From the NCBI GenBank assembly GCA_964016885.1, contig OZ024740.1:111724001-111788000 (forward strand): a stretch of 64,000 nt of DNA, in the 5' to 3' direction. The stretch is from Eledone cirrhosa (lineage: Eukaryota). This document shows, piece after piece, positions 41,884 through 56,013 of this stretch. Under the pieces are notes generated by a model. It did not search any database. It was given only the letters and a program-made list of their open reading frames with translations, and was not told the DNA's origin. Position numbers and translations under genes: made by a program. Numbering within the stretch: the stretch's first letter is position 1; each line of letters starts with the position of its first letter.

Positions 41884-43932
41884 TTACTTACCTCCCGGGC
41901 TCTTGTGAATGTCGGGTGGTTCGACCTCCATAGTTGGTGGGGTTTCTTTTGGGAACCCCTTTAAAAGCCTACTTGAGGCTTTTACACTGGGTGTTCCCAC
42001 GTCGTTGGGGAAGCCCTCGCTAATAGTTTTATAATTGCTTAGTGCCATTCGCACCAGCAAAAGTGTTTGTGGCACCTTGAAGATGCAGGTGCTAAACGCC
42101 TCCCCCTCTTTCTCTATTTCCTTACTTCGTGTTATGAGGTTCAGTAGTTTTGTGTTCGATTTCCTCACTAACACGAAGTTAGGTGTTGTTGTGGTTGTAA
42201 GTTGTTGCTGTGTGTGTTTTCTTTTAGTTGTTTGTGTTAGTGGTAGTGTTGTTGGTGGAGATGGTGTTTGTGTTGACGGTAATGTTTTTGCGGAAGAGAG
42301 TTTTGTAGTATGTGTGTCTGTGTTTGGTGTGAATATGTATTTTTTGTTTGCTGTTTGTGTTGGTGTGTGAGATTTCTTCTTGTGTTTTGTTTTTTGTTTT
42401 TTGGGGTTATGGTGTTCCTCCTCATCTTCGCATTCTGATGAAGAGGTTTCTGTGTTTGTGTCAGATGTAAGTGGCAGTGCGTGTTCGGATGTGTGTGTGT
42501 GTTCGAGAGGGAGGGGGCGGGAGAGCTTCTTTGGAGTGGCCCCTGGGTGGTCTTGGTTGTCTTTGCAGTTGATTTTGGTTCTGCTGGTGTTGCTGCTGCA
42601 GATTTTGTTGTTGGTGTTGTTATTTCGCGATGAGGCCCCGGCGTCGGCAGCAGCGGAGACTTTTGACCCCTTGCATTTGTCAACAGCTGAGGGCAGAAGG
42701 CTCGCAAGTGTGTCTTTTCGCCGCAACTGAAACAGTGCGGCCTTTTACCCCCTGCCATCACTTGTAGAACCGTCCCGTTTCGGAGGCGGATCTGCTCCGG
42801 GATTTTCTTTATTTCTTCAGGTTTGATCTGGAGAAGTATCTCCAGTCCTCTCTTCCTGTCCTGGTTACCTCTATTGGGACGGCATCTGACCCCTCCACAA
42901 TCACGCATCCCAAGAGCCACCACATATCTAGTCCAGGTGGAATCCTGGGAATGCGGACTCTAATTGTTCTTTTGCCCACGTGGGAGGGGTACATAATAAC
43001 CTTGCTGGTTTTGCAAGGGATCATCGAGTGCTTCAAAGTGAGGGCCTCCGACTTAAACAACACTGAGATGGTACAGTATTGTTGACTCCTCGATGCGTAC
43101 TCTGTATCTCCCCTGATGCACCTCAGCGCAGCCTCGACGTTTCCTTGGGGAGAGTTTGTGGCCCTTTTCGTCTCAGCTGAGATGCATCTGAAGACCAGAG
43201 TTCTCTTCTCCGCCGTTCTATAGCCTCTGCCGGGACAGTTAAATTGGCCCAGGTTTGCTCCTGTTTGATGAGTTTCCATGCCTGGGCCAACTTTGTTTCC
43301 TTGTCTGTCAAGTCCATGTTGAAACATGGCCTTTTCTTGGCTGCTGCCGCAGCGAAAGTGTTCTTGTTGTTGTCGTTGGTGTTCTTGTTGTCGTTGTTCT
43401 TGTTGGTGTTGTTGCTGTTATCACTGTTGCAGTTGGTTCTATCTTTGGTGCCGCTGTTGTTGTTGTTCTCGGTGCAGTTGGTATTGTTGCTGTTGGTGCT
43501 GTCGCTGTTTATGTTCTGGTTAGTGGTGTTAATTTCGTTGTTGTTTTCGTTGATATTGTTGCTGCTGCTAGTGTTGTTATTGTTGTTGTTGCTGTTGTTG
43601 AGGTTGTCACTGTTGTTGATATTGTTGTCTTTGTTGTCGTTCTTTCTGTTGTTGGTGTTGGTGCCATTATTGCAGTTGTCGTTGTTGCTGATGCTGTTGT
43701 CGTTCTTGTTCACGACTGTTTATTTTAGTGTTTTTGGTAATGTCGCTGTTGCTGCTGTTGTCTTTTTTTTTTATATTAGTGTTCTCACTGTTGTTGATGC
43801 TGGTGTTGGCGATATTGCCTGATGCGTTGTTACATTGTAAAATTGTTGCGGGAGGGGCAGCGTTATTAGCCTCAACGTTTGACTCGCTGTCGCAAGAGAG
43901 CAAACTCAAAGTTGGGGGCGTGGCTCCGCCAT
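41884..43932 (-). pseudogene. LINE ORF1 (Asn-rich N-terminus, CCHC zinc knuckle), frameshifted
   Basis: HCFSCGEKTHLRAFCP knuckle near 42690-42740; Asn-rich tract at 43370-43710; pieces lie in several frames. Confidence 0.8.
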
Positions 43933-44159
43933 TTTTTTTTTTTTTTTGATAAAAACTTTCTTTTAAACACACAAAGTTTAAATATTTGGGCCAAAAGGCC
44001 TAAATATTATGGGGAGTCCTTTCTTGGGGGCAAAGACTAAAGTCTTATTTCCCGTTTGAAACAAAAATATTAATGACAAACGTATTTCAAACCGTAAAAC
44101 AAAACAAACTTACGAGCTCACGGTAGTACGTCCATTCGCTTCAACGAACAATAATAATA

Positions 44160-44610
44160 ATAATTGTTTCTAATTTTGGCACAAGGCCAGCAATCAACCA
44201 GTACATTACTGGTACTTTATTTTATCCACCCCGTAAGGATGAAAGGCAAAGTTAACCTTGGCTGGATTTGAACTCAGAATGGCAAGGGTCGTAACTCTAT
44301 GAGTCAAAGCATAGTAATAATAATAATAATAATTGTTTCTATTTTTGGCACAAGACCAGAAATTACCTCAGTGAATTACTGATGCTTTATTTTATCAACC
44401 CCGAAAAGATAAAAGTCAAAGTTAAGCTTGGCGAGATTTGAACTCAGAACGCAAAGGGCCATAACTCTAATAATAATTATTATTTTTATTTTTGGCACAA
44501 GGCCAGCAATTAAATCAGTATGTTACTGGTACTTTATTTTATCGACACCGTAAGGGTGAAAGTTAATCTCGGCGGGATTTGAACACAGGACATAAAGGCT
44601 ATAAACTGTA
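44160..44610 (-). mobile_element. Three head-to-tail 5'-truncated SINE copies separated by (TAA)n
   Basis: ttttggcacaagg...ggtactttattttatc...gatttgaactcag...aactcta repeated three times. Confidence 0.85.
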
Positions 44611-47600
44611 ACAACAGCAATATCATCATCTGTGACAGTAACAACAGTAACAACAGCAACAACAGCAACAACAGTAACAACAGCAAAAATAACAACAACT
44701 GTAACAACAGCAACAATATCAACAACTGTAACAATAGCAACAATAACAACAACAGTAACAACAGCAACAATAACAACAACTGTAACAACAGCAACAATAT
44801 CAACAACAGTAACAACAGCAACAATATCATCAACTGTAACAACAGCAACAATATCAACAACAGCAACAACAACAACAATAACAACAACAGTAACAACAGC
44901 AACAATAACAACAACAGTAACAACAGCAACAATATCAACAACTGTAACAATAGCAACAATAACAGTAACTGTAACAACAGCAACAACAACAACAACAGTA
45001 ACAACAGCAACAATAACAACAACTGTAACAACAGCAACAATATCAACAACAGCAACAACAACAGCAATAACAACAACAGTAACAACAGCAACAATAACAA
45101 CAACTGTAACAACAACAACAATAACAACAACAGTAACAACAGTAACAATAACAACAGCAACAAAAACAACAATATCAACAACAGTAACAACAGCAACAAT
45201 AACAACAACAGCAACAACAGCAACAATAACAACAACAGTAACAACAGCAACAATAACAACAACAGCAACAACAGCAACAATAACAACAACAGTAACAACA
45301 GCAACAATAACAACAGTAACAACAACAGCAACAATATCAACAACAGCAACAACAACAGCAACTATAACAACAACAGCAACAACAGCAACAACAACAACAG
45401 TAATAACAACAACAACAATAACAACAACAGCAACAACAACAATAACAACAACAGTAACGACAGCAACAATAACAACAACTGTAACAACAGCAACAATAAC
45501 AACAACAGCAACAACAGCAACATCAACAACAGTAACAACAACAGCAACAATAACAACAACAGCAACAACAACAATAACAACAACAGTAACAACAGCAACA
45601 ATAACAACAACTGTAACAACAGCAACAATAACAACAACAGTAACAACAGCAACAATAACAACAACTGTAACAACAACAGTAACAACAACAGTAACAACAA
45701 CAGCAACAACAACAACAACAACGGTAATAACAGCAACAATAACAACAACAGTAACAACAGCAACAGCAACAACAACAGTAACAACAGCAACAACAACAGT
45801 AACAACAACAATAACAACAGTAACAACAGCAACAATAACAACAACAGCAACAACAACAACAATAACGACAACAGTAACAACAGCAACAATAACAACAACA
45901 GTAACAACAGCAACAACAGCAAGACAGTAACAACAGCAATAACAACAACAACAGTAACAACAGCAACAATAACAACAACAGCAACAACAGCAACAATAAC
46001 AACAACAGCAACAACAGCAACAACAACAACAACAACAGTAACAACAGCAACAACAACAACAACAGTAACAACAGCAACAACAACAACAGTAACAACAACA
46101 GTAACAACAGCAACAATAACAACAACAGTAACAACAACTGTAACAACAACAACAGCAACAACAGCAACAACAACAATAACAACAACAGTAACAACAGCAA
46201 CAATAACAACAACAGTAACAACAGCAACAATAACCACAACAGTAACAACAGCAACAATAACAACAACTGTAACAATAGCAACAATAACAACAACAGTAAC
46301 AACAGCAACAATAACAACAACTGTAACAACAGCAACAATAACAACAACAGTAACAACAGCAATAATAACAACAACAGTAACAACAGCAACAACAACAATA
46401 ACAACAACAATAACAACAACAGTAACAACAGCAACAATAACAACAACTGTAACAACAGCATCAATAACAACAACAGTAACAACAGCACAGCAACAATAAC
46501 AACAACTGTAACAACAGCAACAATAACAACAACTGTAACAATAGCAACAATAACAACAACAGTAACAACAGCAACAATAACAACAACTGTAACAACAGCA
46601 GCAATAACAACAACAGTAAAAACAGCAATAATAAAAACAACAGTAACAACAGCAACAACAACAATAACAACAACAGTAACAACAACTGTAACAACAACAA
46701 CAGCAACAACAACAATAACAAAAAACAGTAACAACAGCAACAATAACAACGACTGTAACAACAGCAATAATAACAACAACAGTAAAAACAGCAACAACAA
46801 CAATAACAACAACAGTAACAACAGCAACAATAACAACAACTGTAACAACAGCAACAATAACAACAACAGTAACAACAACAACAGTAACAACAACAGTAAC
46901 AACAGCAACAATAACAACAACAGTAACAACAACTGTAACAACAACAACAGCAACAACAGCAACAACAACAATAACAACAACAGTAACTACAGCAACAATA
47001 ACAACAACTGTAACAACAGCAATAATAACAACAACAGTAACAACAGCAACAATAACAACAACAGCAACAACAACAATAACACCAACAGTAACAACAGCAA
47101 TAATAACAACAACTGTTACAACAGCAATAATAACAACAATAGTAAAAACAGCAACAATAACAACAACTGTAACAACAGCAATAATAACAACAACAGTAAC
47201 AACAGCAACAATAACAACAACTGTAACAACAGCAATAATAACAACAACAGTAACAACAGCAACAATAACAACAACAGCAACAGCAACAATAACAATAACA
47301 GTAACAACAGCAACAATAACAACAACAGTAACAACAGCAACAATAACAACAACTGTAACAACAGCAATAATAACAACAACAGTAACAACAGCAACAATAA
47401 CAACAACAGCAACAGCAACAATAACAACAACAGTAACAACAGCAACAATAACAACAACAGCAACAACAGCAACAATAACAACAACAGTAACAACGGCAAC
47501 AATAACAACAACTGTAACAACAGCAATAATAACAACAACAGTAACAACAGCAACAATAACAACAACAGCAACAGCAACAATAACAACAACAGTAACAACA

Positions 47601-50361
47601 GCAACAATAACAACAACAGTAACAACAGCAACAATAACAACAACTGTAACAACAGCAATAATAACAACAACAGTAACAACAGCAACAATAACAACAACAG
47701 CAACAGCAACAATAACAAAAACAGTAACAACAGCAACAATAACAACAACAGCAACAGCAACAATAACCACAACAGTAACAACAGCAACAATAACAACAAC
47801 AGTAACAACAGCAACAATAACAACAACAGCAACAACAGCAACAATAACAACAACAGTAACAACAGCAACAATAAAAACAACTGTAACAACAGCAATAATA
47901 ACAACAACAGTAACAACAGCAACAATAACAACAACAGCAACAGCAACAATAACAACAACAGTAACAACAGCAACAATAACAACAACAGCAACAGCAACAA
48001 TAACCACAACAGTAACAACAGCAACAATAACAACAACAGTAACAACAGCAACAATAACAACAACAGCAACAACAGCAACAATAACAACAACAGTAACAAC
48101 AGCAACAATAACAACAACAGTAACAACAGCAACAATAACAACAACAGCAACAACAGCAACAATAACAACAACAGTAACAACAGCAACAATAACAACAACA
48201 GTAACAACAGCAACAATAACAACAACAGTAACAACAGCAACAATAACAACAACAGCAACAACAGCAACAATAACAACAACAGTAACAACAGCAACAATAA
48301 CAACAACAGCAACAACAGCAACAATAACAACAACAGTAACAACAGCAACAATAACAACAACAGCAACAACAGCAACAATAACAACAACAGTAACAACAAC
48401 AGTAACAACAGCAACAATAACAACAACAGCAACAGCAACAATAACAACAACAGTAACAACAGCAACAATGACAACAACTGTAACAACAGCAACAATATCA
48501 ACAACTGTAACAACAGCAATAATAACAACAATAGTAAAAACAGCAACAATAGCAACAACAGTAACAACAGCAACAATAACAACAACAGTAACAACAACAA
48601 CAGTAACAACAGCAACAATAACAACAACAGTAACAACAGCAACAATAACAACAACTGTAAAAACAGCAACAATAACAACAACAGTAACAACAGCAACAAT
48701 AACAACAACAGTAACAACAGCAACAATAACAACAACAGCAACAACAACAACAATAACAACAACAGTAACAACAGCAACAACAACAACAATAACAACAACA
48801 GTAACAACAGCAACAACAACAACAACAACAACAGTAACAACAACAACAATAACAACAACAGTAACAACAGCAACAACAACAACAACAGTAACAACAGCAA
48901 CAACAACAACAACAACAACAACAGTAACAACAACAGTAAGAACAGCAACAATAACAACAACAGTAACAACAACTGTAACAACAACAACAGCAACAACAGC
49001 AGCAACAACAATAACAACAACAGTAACAACAGCAACAATAACAACAACAGTAACAACAGCAACAATAACAACAACAGTAACAACAGCAACAATAACAACA
49101 ACAGTAACAACAGCACAGCAACAATAACAACAACTTTAACAACAGCAACAATAACAACAACAGTAACAACAACAGCAACAACAGCAACAACGGTAACAAC
49201 AGCAACAATAACAACAATAGCAACAACAACAATAACAACAACTGTAACAACAGCAACAATAACAACAACAGTAACAACAGCAACAATAACAACAACAGTA
49301 ACAACATCAACAATAACAACAACAGTAACAACAAGAACAATAACAATAACTGTAACAACAGCAACAATAACAACAACAGTAACAACAGCAACAATAACAA
49401 CAACAGTAACAACAACAACAATAACAACAACAGTAACAACATCAACAATAACAACAACAGTAACAACAACAACAATAACAACAACTGTAACAACAGCAAC
49501 AATAACAACAACTGTAACAACATCAACAATAACAACAACTGTTACAACAACAACAATAACAACAACAGTAACAACAGCAACAATAACAACAACTGTAACA
49601 ACAGCAACAATAACAACAACTGTAACAACAGCAACAATAACAACAACAGTAACAACAGCAACAATAACAACAACAGTAACAACAGCAACAATGACAACAA
49701 CTGTAACAATAGCAACAATAACAACAACAGTAACAACAGTAACAATAACAACAACAGCAACAACAACAACAATAACAACAACAGTTACAACAGCAACAAT
49801 AACACCAACAGTAACAACAGCAACAATAACAACAACAGCAACAATAACCACAACAGTAACAACAGCAACAATAACAACAACAGTAACAACAGCAACAATA
49901 ACAACAACTGTAACAATAGCAACAATAACAACAACAGTAACAACAGCAACAATAACAACAACAGTAACAACAGCAACAATAACCACAACAGTAACAACAG
50001 CAACAATAACAACAACTGTAACAATAGCAACAATAACAACAACAGTAACAACAGCCACAATAACAACAACTGTAACAATAGCAACAATAACAACAACAGT
50101 AACAACAGCAACAACAACAACTGTAACAATAGCAACAATAACAACAACAGTAACAACAGCAACAATAACAACAACTGTAACAATAGCAACAATAACAACA
50201 ATTGTAACAACAGCAACAATAACAACAACAGCAACAACAACAACAACTGTAACAATAGCAACAATAACAACAATTGTAACAACAGCAACAATAACAACAG
50301 CAGCAACAATAACAACAACAGTAACAACAGCAACAATAACAACAACAGCAACAACAACAAT

Positions 50362-50397
<36 letters not shown>

Positions 50398-50630
50398 ATC
50401 AACAACAGCAACATCATCAACAGTAACAACAGCAACAGTAACAGCAGCAACAGCAACAACAGTAACAACAGCAACAGTAACAACAGCAACAACAATATCA
50501 ACGACATCAACAACAGTTAAAACAAACAACAGCAACAATAACAACAAAACAACATCATCATCAATAAGATCAACATCACCACCAACAACAACAAAATTAG
50601 CAACAACAACACCAACATCAACAAAATAAC
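44610..50630. repeat. About 6-kb (ACA)n-derived minisatellite with a dominant 27-bp unit
   Basis: acaacagcaacaataacaacaacagta and variants; translates as TTATITTTV repeats with several frame breaks. Confidence 0.95.
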
Positions 50631-51064
50631 AGCTCACTACAGCCGAATCATAACATAATTCCATAAGGCTATTATTTAAGTGTTCTTTCGTTCACTTTGA
50701 AGTTCTCAAAAACATATTATTGCATTAGTCACGTGGGGCGATAGTGGTGCCATCAGTTAGGTTGTGGTTAAGGGCTTGTTCCCCCACCCCCACACACACA
50801 ACAACACCGACCCACCGCCATCTTCTTTTATTTGATTTGAGGTAAATAGCTTTTGATATCGTATGACGAGTTAATTTCTCGACATTTCTCTGCATTTTTA
50901 ACCTCCGAAAACACTTTCTTTTGATGTGTCAACTTATTTACAACCCACCTCCCTGCCCTACTCACCATTGTAACAACCTGTCTTCAGACTTTTCATCTAG
51001 GAAAAATATTTCGGAATTCAAATTTGTAATTATAATATGTATTTTATAGAGCACGTACATAGAT

Positions 51065-51307
51065 ATATTTGTATGTATGTATGTATGTATGCATGTATGT
51101 ATGTATGTATGTATGTATGTATGTACGTTTGTATGTATGCATGTATGCATGTATGCATGTATGTTTGTATGTATGTTTGTATGTATGTATGTATGTTTGT
51201 ATGTATGTATGTATGTATGTTTGTATGTATATATGTATGCATGTATGCATGTATGTATGTATGTATGTATGTATGCTTGTATGTATATATGTATGTATGC
51301 ATGTATC

Positions 51308-51340
<33 letters not shown>

Positions 51341-51720
51341 ATGTATGTATGTATGGACGTTTGTTTGTATGTATGTATGTTTGTATGTATGTATGCATGT
51401 ATGTATATATGTATGCATGTATGTATGTATGTATGTATGCATGTATGTATGTTTGTATGTATATATCTATATATGTATGTATGTATGCATGTATGTATGT
51501 TTGTATGTATATATGTATGTATGTATGTATGCACGTTTCTTTGTATGTATGTATGTTTGTATGTATGTATGTATGCATGTATGTATGTTTGTATGTATGT
51601 ATGTATGTTTGCATGTATATATGTAAGTATGAATGTATGTATGTATACATATATGTATGTATATATGTATGCATACATATATATGTATGTATATATGTAT
51701 GTGTGTATGTATGTATGCAT
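51065..51720. repeat. (TATG)n-derived microsatellite
   Basis: Direct inspection. Confidence 0.95.
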
Positions 51721-52069
51721 ATATGTTTGTATATATATATGTGTGTGTCTGTGTGTGTGTGTATGTGTATATATATGTGTGTATATGTATGGGTATGTAG
51801 GTATTATTTGCGTATGTGTGTGTGTGTATATGTGTATATATGCAAGTATATGCTTGTGTGTATAAATAGGGGTGAGCGCGTGTATGCGCGTGTATATGTG
51901 TGTATGCATATGTGTGTATATATGTATGCATGTATATTCATATGCGTATAATTGTTTATCTGGTTATACTTTTCAAATTGTTCTCACCAATGAAGAATGA
52001 GCAGGTTCTTAACTAAAAACGACGGTTTCATTTGTGTGTATATCTGTGTGTGTGTGTCTGTGTGTCTGT

Positions 52070-52446
52070 GTATGTGTGTATCGTGCGGGTATATTTGTGT
52101 AGTATATATTTGTGTGTGTCTGTGTTGTGCGGGTATATTTGTGTAATATATATTTGTGTGTGTCTGTGTGTGTCTGTGTTGTGCGGGTATATTTGTGTAA
52201 TATATATTTGTGTGTGTCTGTGTGTGTCTGTGTTGTGCGGGTATATTTGTGTAATATATATTTGTGTGTGTGTGTGTGTGTCTGTGTTGTGCGGGTATAT
52301 TTGTGTAATATATATTTGTGTGTGTGTGTGTGTGTCTGTGTGTGTCTGTGTTGTGCGGGTATATTTGTGTAATATATATTTGTGTGTGGGCGCGCGCGCG
52401 CGCGCGTGTGTGTCTGTGTTGTGCGGGTATATTTGTGTAATATATA

Positions 52447-52484
<38 letters not shown>

Positions 52485-52761
52485 AGTGTTGTGCGGGTAT
52501 ATTTGTGTGTGTGTGTGCGTGTGTGTGTGTGCGTGTGTGTGTGTGTCTGTCTGTGTGTGTCTGTGTTGTGCGGGTATATTTGTGTAATATATATGTGTGT
52601 GTGTGTATGTGTGTGTGTTTGTGTCTGTGTTGTGCGGGTATATTTGTGTGTGTGTGTGTGTGTGTGTCAGTGTTGTGCGGGTATATTTGTGTAATATATA
52701 TGTCTGTGTGTGTGTGTGTGTGTGTGTGTCTGTGTCTGTGTTGTGCGGGTATATTTGTGTA

Positions 52762-52814
<53 letters not shown>

Positions 52815-52846
52815 AGTGTTGTGCGGGTATATTTGTGTAATATATA

Positions 52847-52890
<44 letters not shown>

Positions 52891-53949
52891 AGTGTTGTGC
52901 GGGTATATTTGTGTAATATATATTTGTGTGTGTGTGTGTGTTCGTGTGTGTGTGTGTGTCTGTGTTGTGCGGGTATATTTGTGTAATATATATTTGTGTG
53001 TGTGTGTGTGTGTGTGTCTGTCTGTGTGTGTCTGTGTTGTGCGGGTATATTTGTGTAATATATATTTGTGTGTATGTGTGTGTGTGTGTCTGTCTGTGTG
53101 TGTCTGTGTTGTGCGGGTATATTTGTGTAATATATATTTGTGTGTGTGTGTGTGTTTGTGTCTGTCTGTGTGTGTCTGTGTTGTGCGGGTATATTTGTGT
53201 AATATATATTTGTGTGTGTGTGTGTCTGTCTGTCTGTGTGTGTCTGTGTTGTGCGGGTATATTTGTGTAATATATATTTGTGTGTATGTGTGTGTGTGTG
53301 TCTGTCTGTGTGTGTCTGTGTTGTGCGGGTATATTTGTGTAATATATATTTGTGTGTGTGTGTGTGTGTGTGTTTGTGTCTGTGTTGTGCGGGTATGTTT
53401 GTGTGTGTGTGTGTGTGTGTGTCAGTGTTGTGCGGGTATATTTGTGTAATATATATTTGTGTGTGTGTGTCTGTCTGTGTGTGTCTGTGTTGTGCGGGTA
53501 TATTTGTGTAATATATATTTGTGTGTATGTGTGTGTGTGTGTCTGTCTGTGTGTGTCTGTGTTGTGCGGGTATATTTGTGTAATATATATTTGTGTGTGT
53601 GTGTGTGTTTGTGTCTGTCTGTGTGTGTCTGTGTTGTGCGGGTATATTTGTGTAATATATATTTGTGTGTGTGTGTGTGTGTGTGTTTGTGTCTGTGTTG
53701 TGCGGGTATGTTTGTGTGTGTGTGTGTGTGTGTGTCAGTGTTGTGCGGGTATATTTGTGTAATATATATTTGTGTGTGTGTGTGTGTGTCTGTCTGTCTG
53801 TGTGTGTCTCTGTTGTGCGGGTATATTTGTGTAATATATATTTGTGTGTGTGTGTGTGTGTCTGTCTGTGTGTGTCTGTGTTGTGCGGGTATATTTGTGT
53901 AATATATATTTGTGTGTGTGTGTGTGTTTGTGTCTGTGTTGTGCGGGTA

Positions 53950-53989
<40 letters not shown>

Positions 53990-54027
53990 AGTGTTGTGCG
54001 GGTATATTTGTGTAATATATATGTGTG

Positions 54028-54069
<42 letters not shown>

Positions 54070-54094
54070 TGTGTTGTGCGGGTATATTTGTGTA

Positions 54095-54128
<34 letters not shown>

Positions 54129-54315
54129 CAGTGTTGTGCGGGTATATTTGTGTAATATATATTTGTGTGTGTGTGTCTGTGTTGTGCGGGTATATTTGTG
54201 TGTGTGTGTGTGTGTGTGTGTGTTGTGCGGGTATATTTGTGTAATATATATTTGTGTGTGTGTTCGTGTGTGTGTGTGTCTGTGTTGTGCGGGTATATTT
54301 GTGTAATATATATTG
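52070..54315. repeat. Minisatellite: conserved core of about 36 bp separated by variable (TG)n linkers, roughly 40 units
   Basis: Core ctgtgttgtgcgggtatatttgtgtaatatatattt. Confidence 0.95.
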
Positions 54316-54495
54316 TGTGTGTGTGAGTGTGTGTATGTATGTGTGTATACAAATTTATAGATAGATAGATATGGTGATGTATGCATATATACATGTATTT
54401 ATATGCATGTACGTATATATATAAATCTATACAAAGACGAATGTTTTCGCGAAGGGGCCAAATCAAATAAGCTACCCATTACATTAGTAGAGATG

Positions 54496-54630
54496 ATGAA
54501 TATTTATTTCATATAGAAATGGATTCTACAAGACTAGAACTGTTTTATTCGTTTGAAAACACCAATTCTTTGGATTAATGAATCTCTTCTCGTCATGTTG
54601 AAGTCATTTCTGTATGAAATAAATACTGAT
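54496..54630. mobile_element. Decayed small MITE-like inverted repeat with arms of about 44 bp
   Basis: atgaatatttatttcatatagaaatggattctacaagactagaa versus the reverse complement atcagtatttatttcatacagaaatgacttcaacatgacgagaa. Confidence 0.55.
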
Positions 54631-54760
54631 GTATATATATGCATATACAAGGCACTGACACTTTCTTTTAAATAGAACTCATATGCTGCTCATATAGATT
54701 ATACGTTCATTTAGTTCATGTTTGACTGTTTTATGTATATTACAAACAATACAGCCTATG

Positions 54761-54798
<38 letters not shown>

Positions 54799-54955
54799 TA
54801 TAATATAAGTATGTGCCCTTATGTAATTAATACATACAGGGATACAAGTATAGTCCGTATGCCAGTGTGGTTCAATAGCAAGTTAATAAATTAACAAGCC
54901 AGAACATATAAAATCAAAGGAGTGTAAACACAGAAAATATCTTGAAAAATAATAA

Positions 54956-55482
54956 TCTATATATATAAAGCTGTGGTTGTCTGTCTGTTTATCGACTTTT
55001 GGCACACATCTCCTCTTAGAGTCTCTGACGGAATTGCACCGAAATTGCTATACTTGTACATTGAGCCCTAGCGAAGACATCGGAAAAAAAATATTTCAAA
55101 TTGACCCACCCTATGTGACGAAATCAAATCTAATGTATCGATTTTTGAGCGTAGGTGACGAGTTATTTCCTTTTGTTCTGTTTACATTGAGCGTCTTACG
55201 TTGTTTTTCTCTGCGTTGCAGTGTTTACATTTTCGATCTTTGTTAATAAATAACCAGTGCAGTTTTTATCCCCAGCATCCTCTTTTGTTATAACATTCGG
55301 GTTATCGTTATGTTTTCTTAACTTCATAAGGCATATTGTTGGTTGAGGGAATATTAATCAAAAACACCACATGCAAGTCTGCACAGTAGACACTACAGTT
55401 TTTAAGCCAAAAAAGAAACTTAACATTGTAACTTTAACACAGCTACTGAGCGACCCCGAGCAACGCCGGGCTTTACTGCTAG
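54956..55482 (+). mobile_element. Non-autonomous Helitron
   Basis: a|TCtatatatataaagctg ... cccgagcaacgccggg hairpin, ctttactgCTAG|t; A|T insertion site without TSD. Confidence 0.85.
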
Positions 55483-55637
55483 TAAATAATAAAATTCAAA
55501 AGAATTCACTGTACTTACTATATGTGCCTTTACCACGGTTTCAGATCCCAAATAAATAGACAATCCAAGTGGATTTCCATTGAGAAAGAGGTGGTCGTCA
55601 GAAGGCTTTTCTCTCTTGGAGAATTTAAAATTCCCGA

Positions 55638-55716
55638 GTTCAAATTACAAACTAGCGCGATACCAAACTGATTCATTCTGAGGCAGTTTGTTATGGCGCT
55701 AGTTTGTAAATTGAAC
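55638..55716. other. 79-nt hairpin with 33-bp arms (3 mismatches) and a 13-nt loop
   Basis: gttcaaattacaaactagcgcgataccaaactg-attcattctgagg-cagtttgttatggcgctagtttgtaaattgaac. Confidence 0.8.
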
Positions 55717-55868
55717 GATAAGCGATATAATAGGGTTTTATTCCAAGCATTAACATATGTTTCATCACCTAATAAGCAATTAATTCATGTCTTGAAATCG
55801 CTATCAGCATTAGTTGATTGGGTATTGTGAATTATCAAAATACTGATCATGGATCTAGTCTCACAGCC

Positions 55869-55918
<50 letters not shown>

Positions 55919-56013
55919 TGTTTAAGTTTACTTGAAGCATTGTGGGATATGAAAAATGGTCATTTTAGGAGCCCCTTGTAGAGGCTTCCAAAACGACCAT
56001 TTATATATATATA

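Larger units (their letters stand above)
38453..44145 (-). mobile_element. Full-length, disrupted L1/Tx1-clade LINE
   Basis: ORF1 with CCHC knuckle; ORF2 with APE endonuclease, RT and C-terminal CxxC; AATAAA plus (ATT)n tail; gaacaataataataataat at both 38235 and 44146 (candidate TSD). Confidence 0.9.

Noticed and set aside
44534-50664. Very long poly-Val, poly-Leu and poly-Cys ORFs on the minus strand
   Set aside because: Stop-free frames of a (TGT)n-derived array
52070-54315. CRISPR-like repeat-spacer appearance
   Set aside because: Spacers are (TG)n microsatellites rather than unique sequences; no cas genes; eukaryotic context
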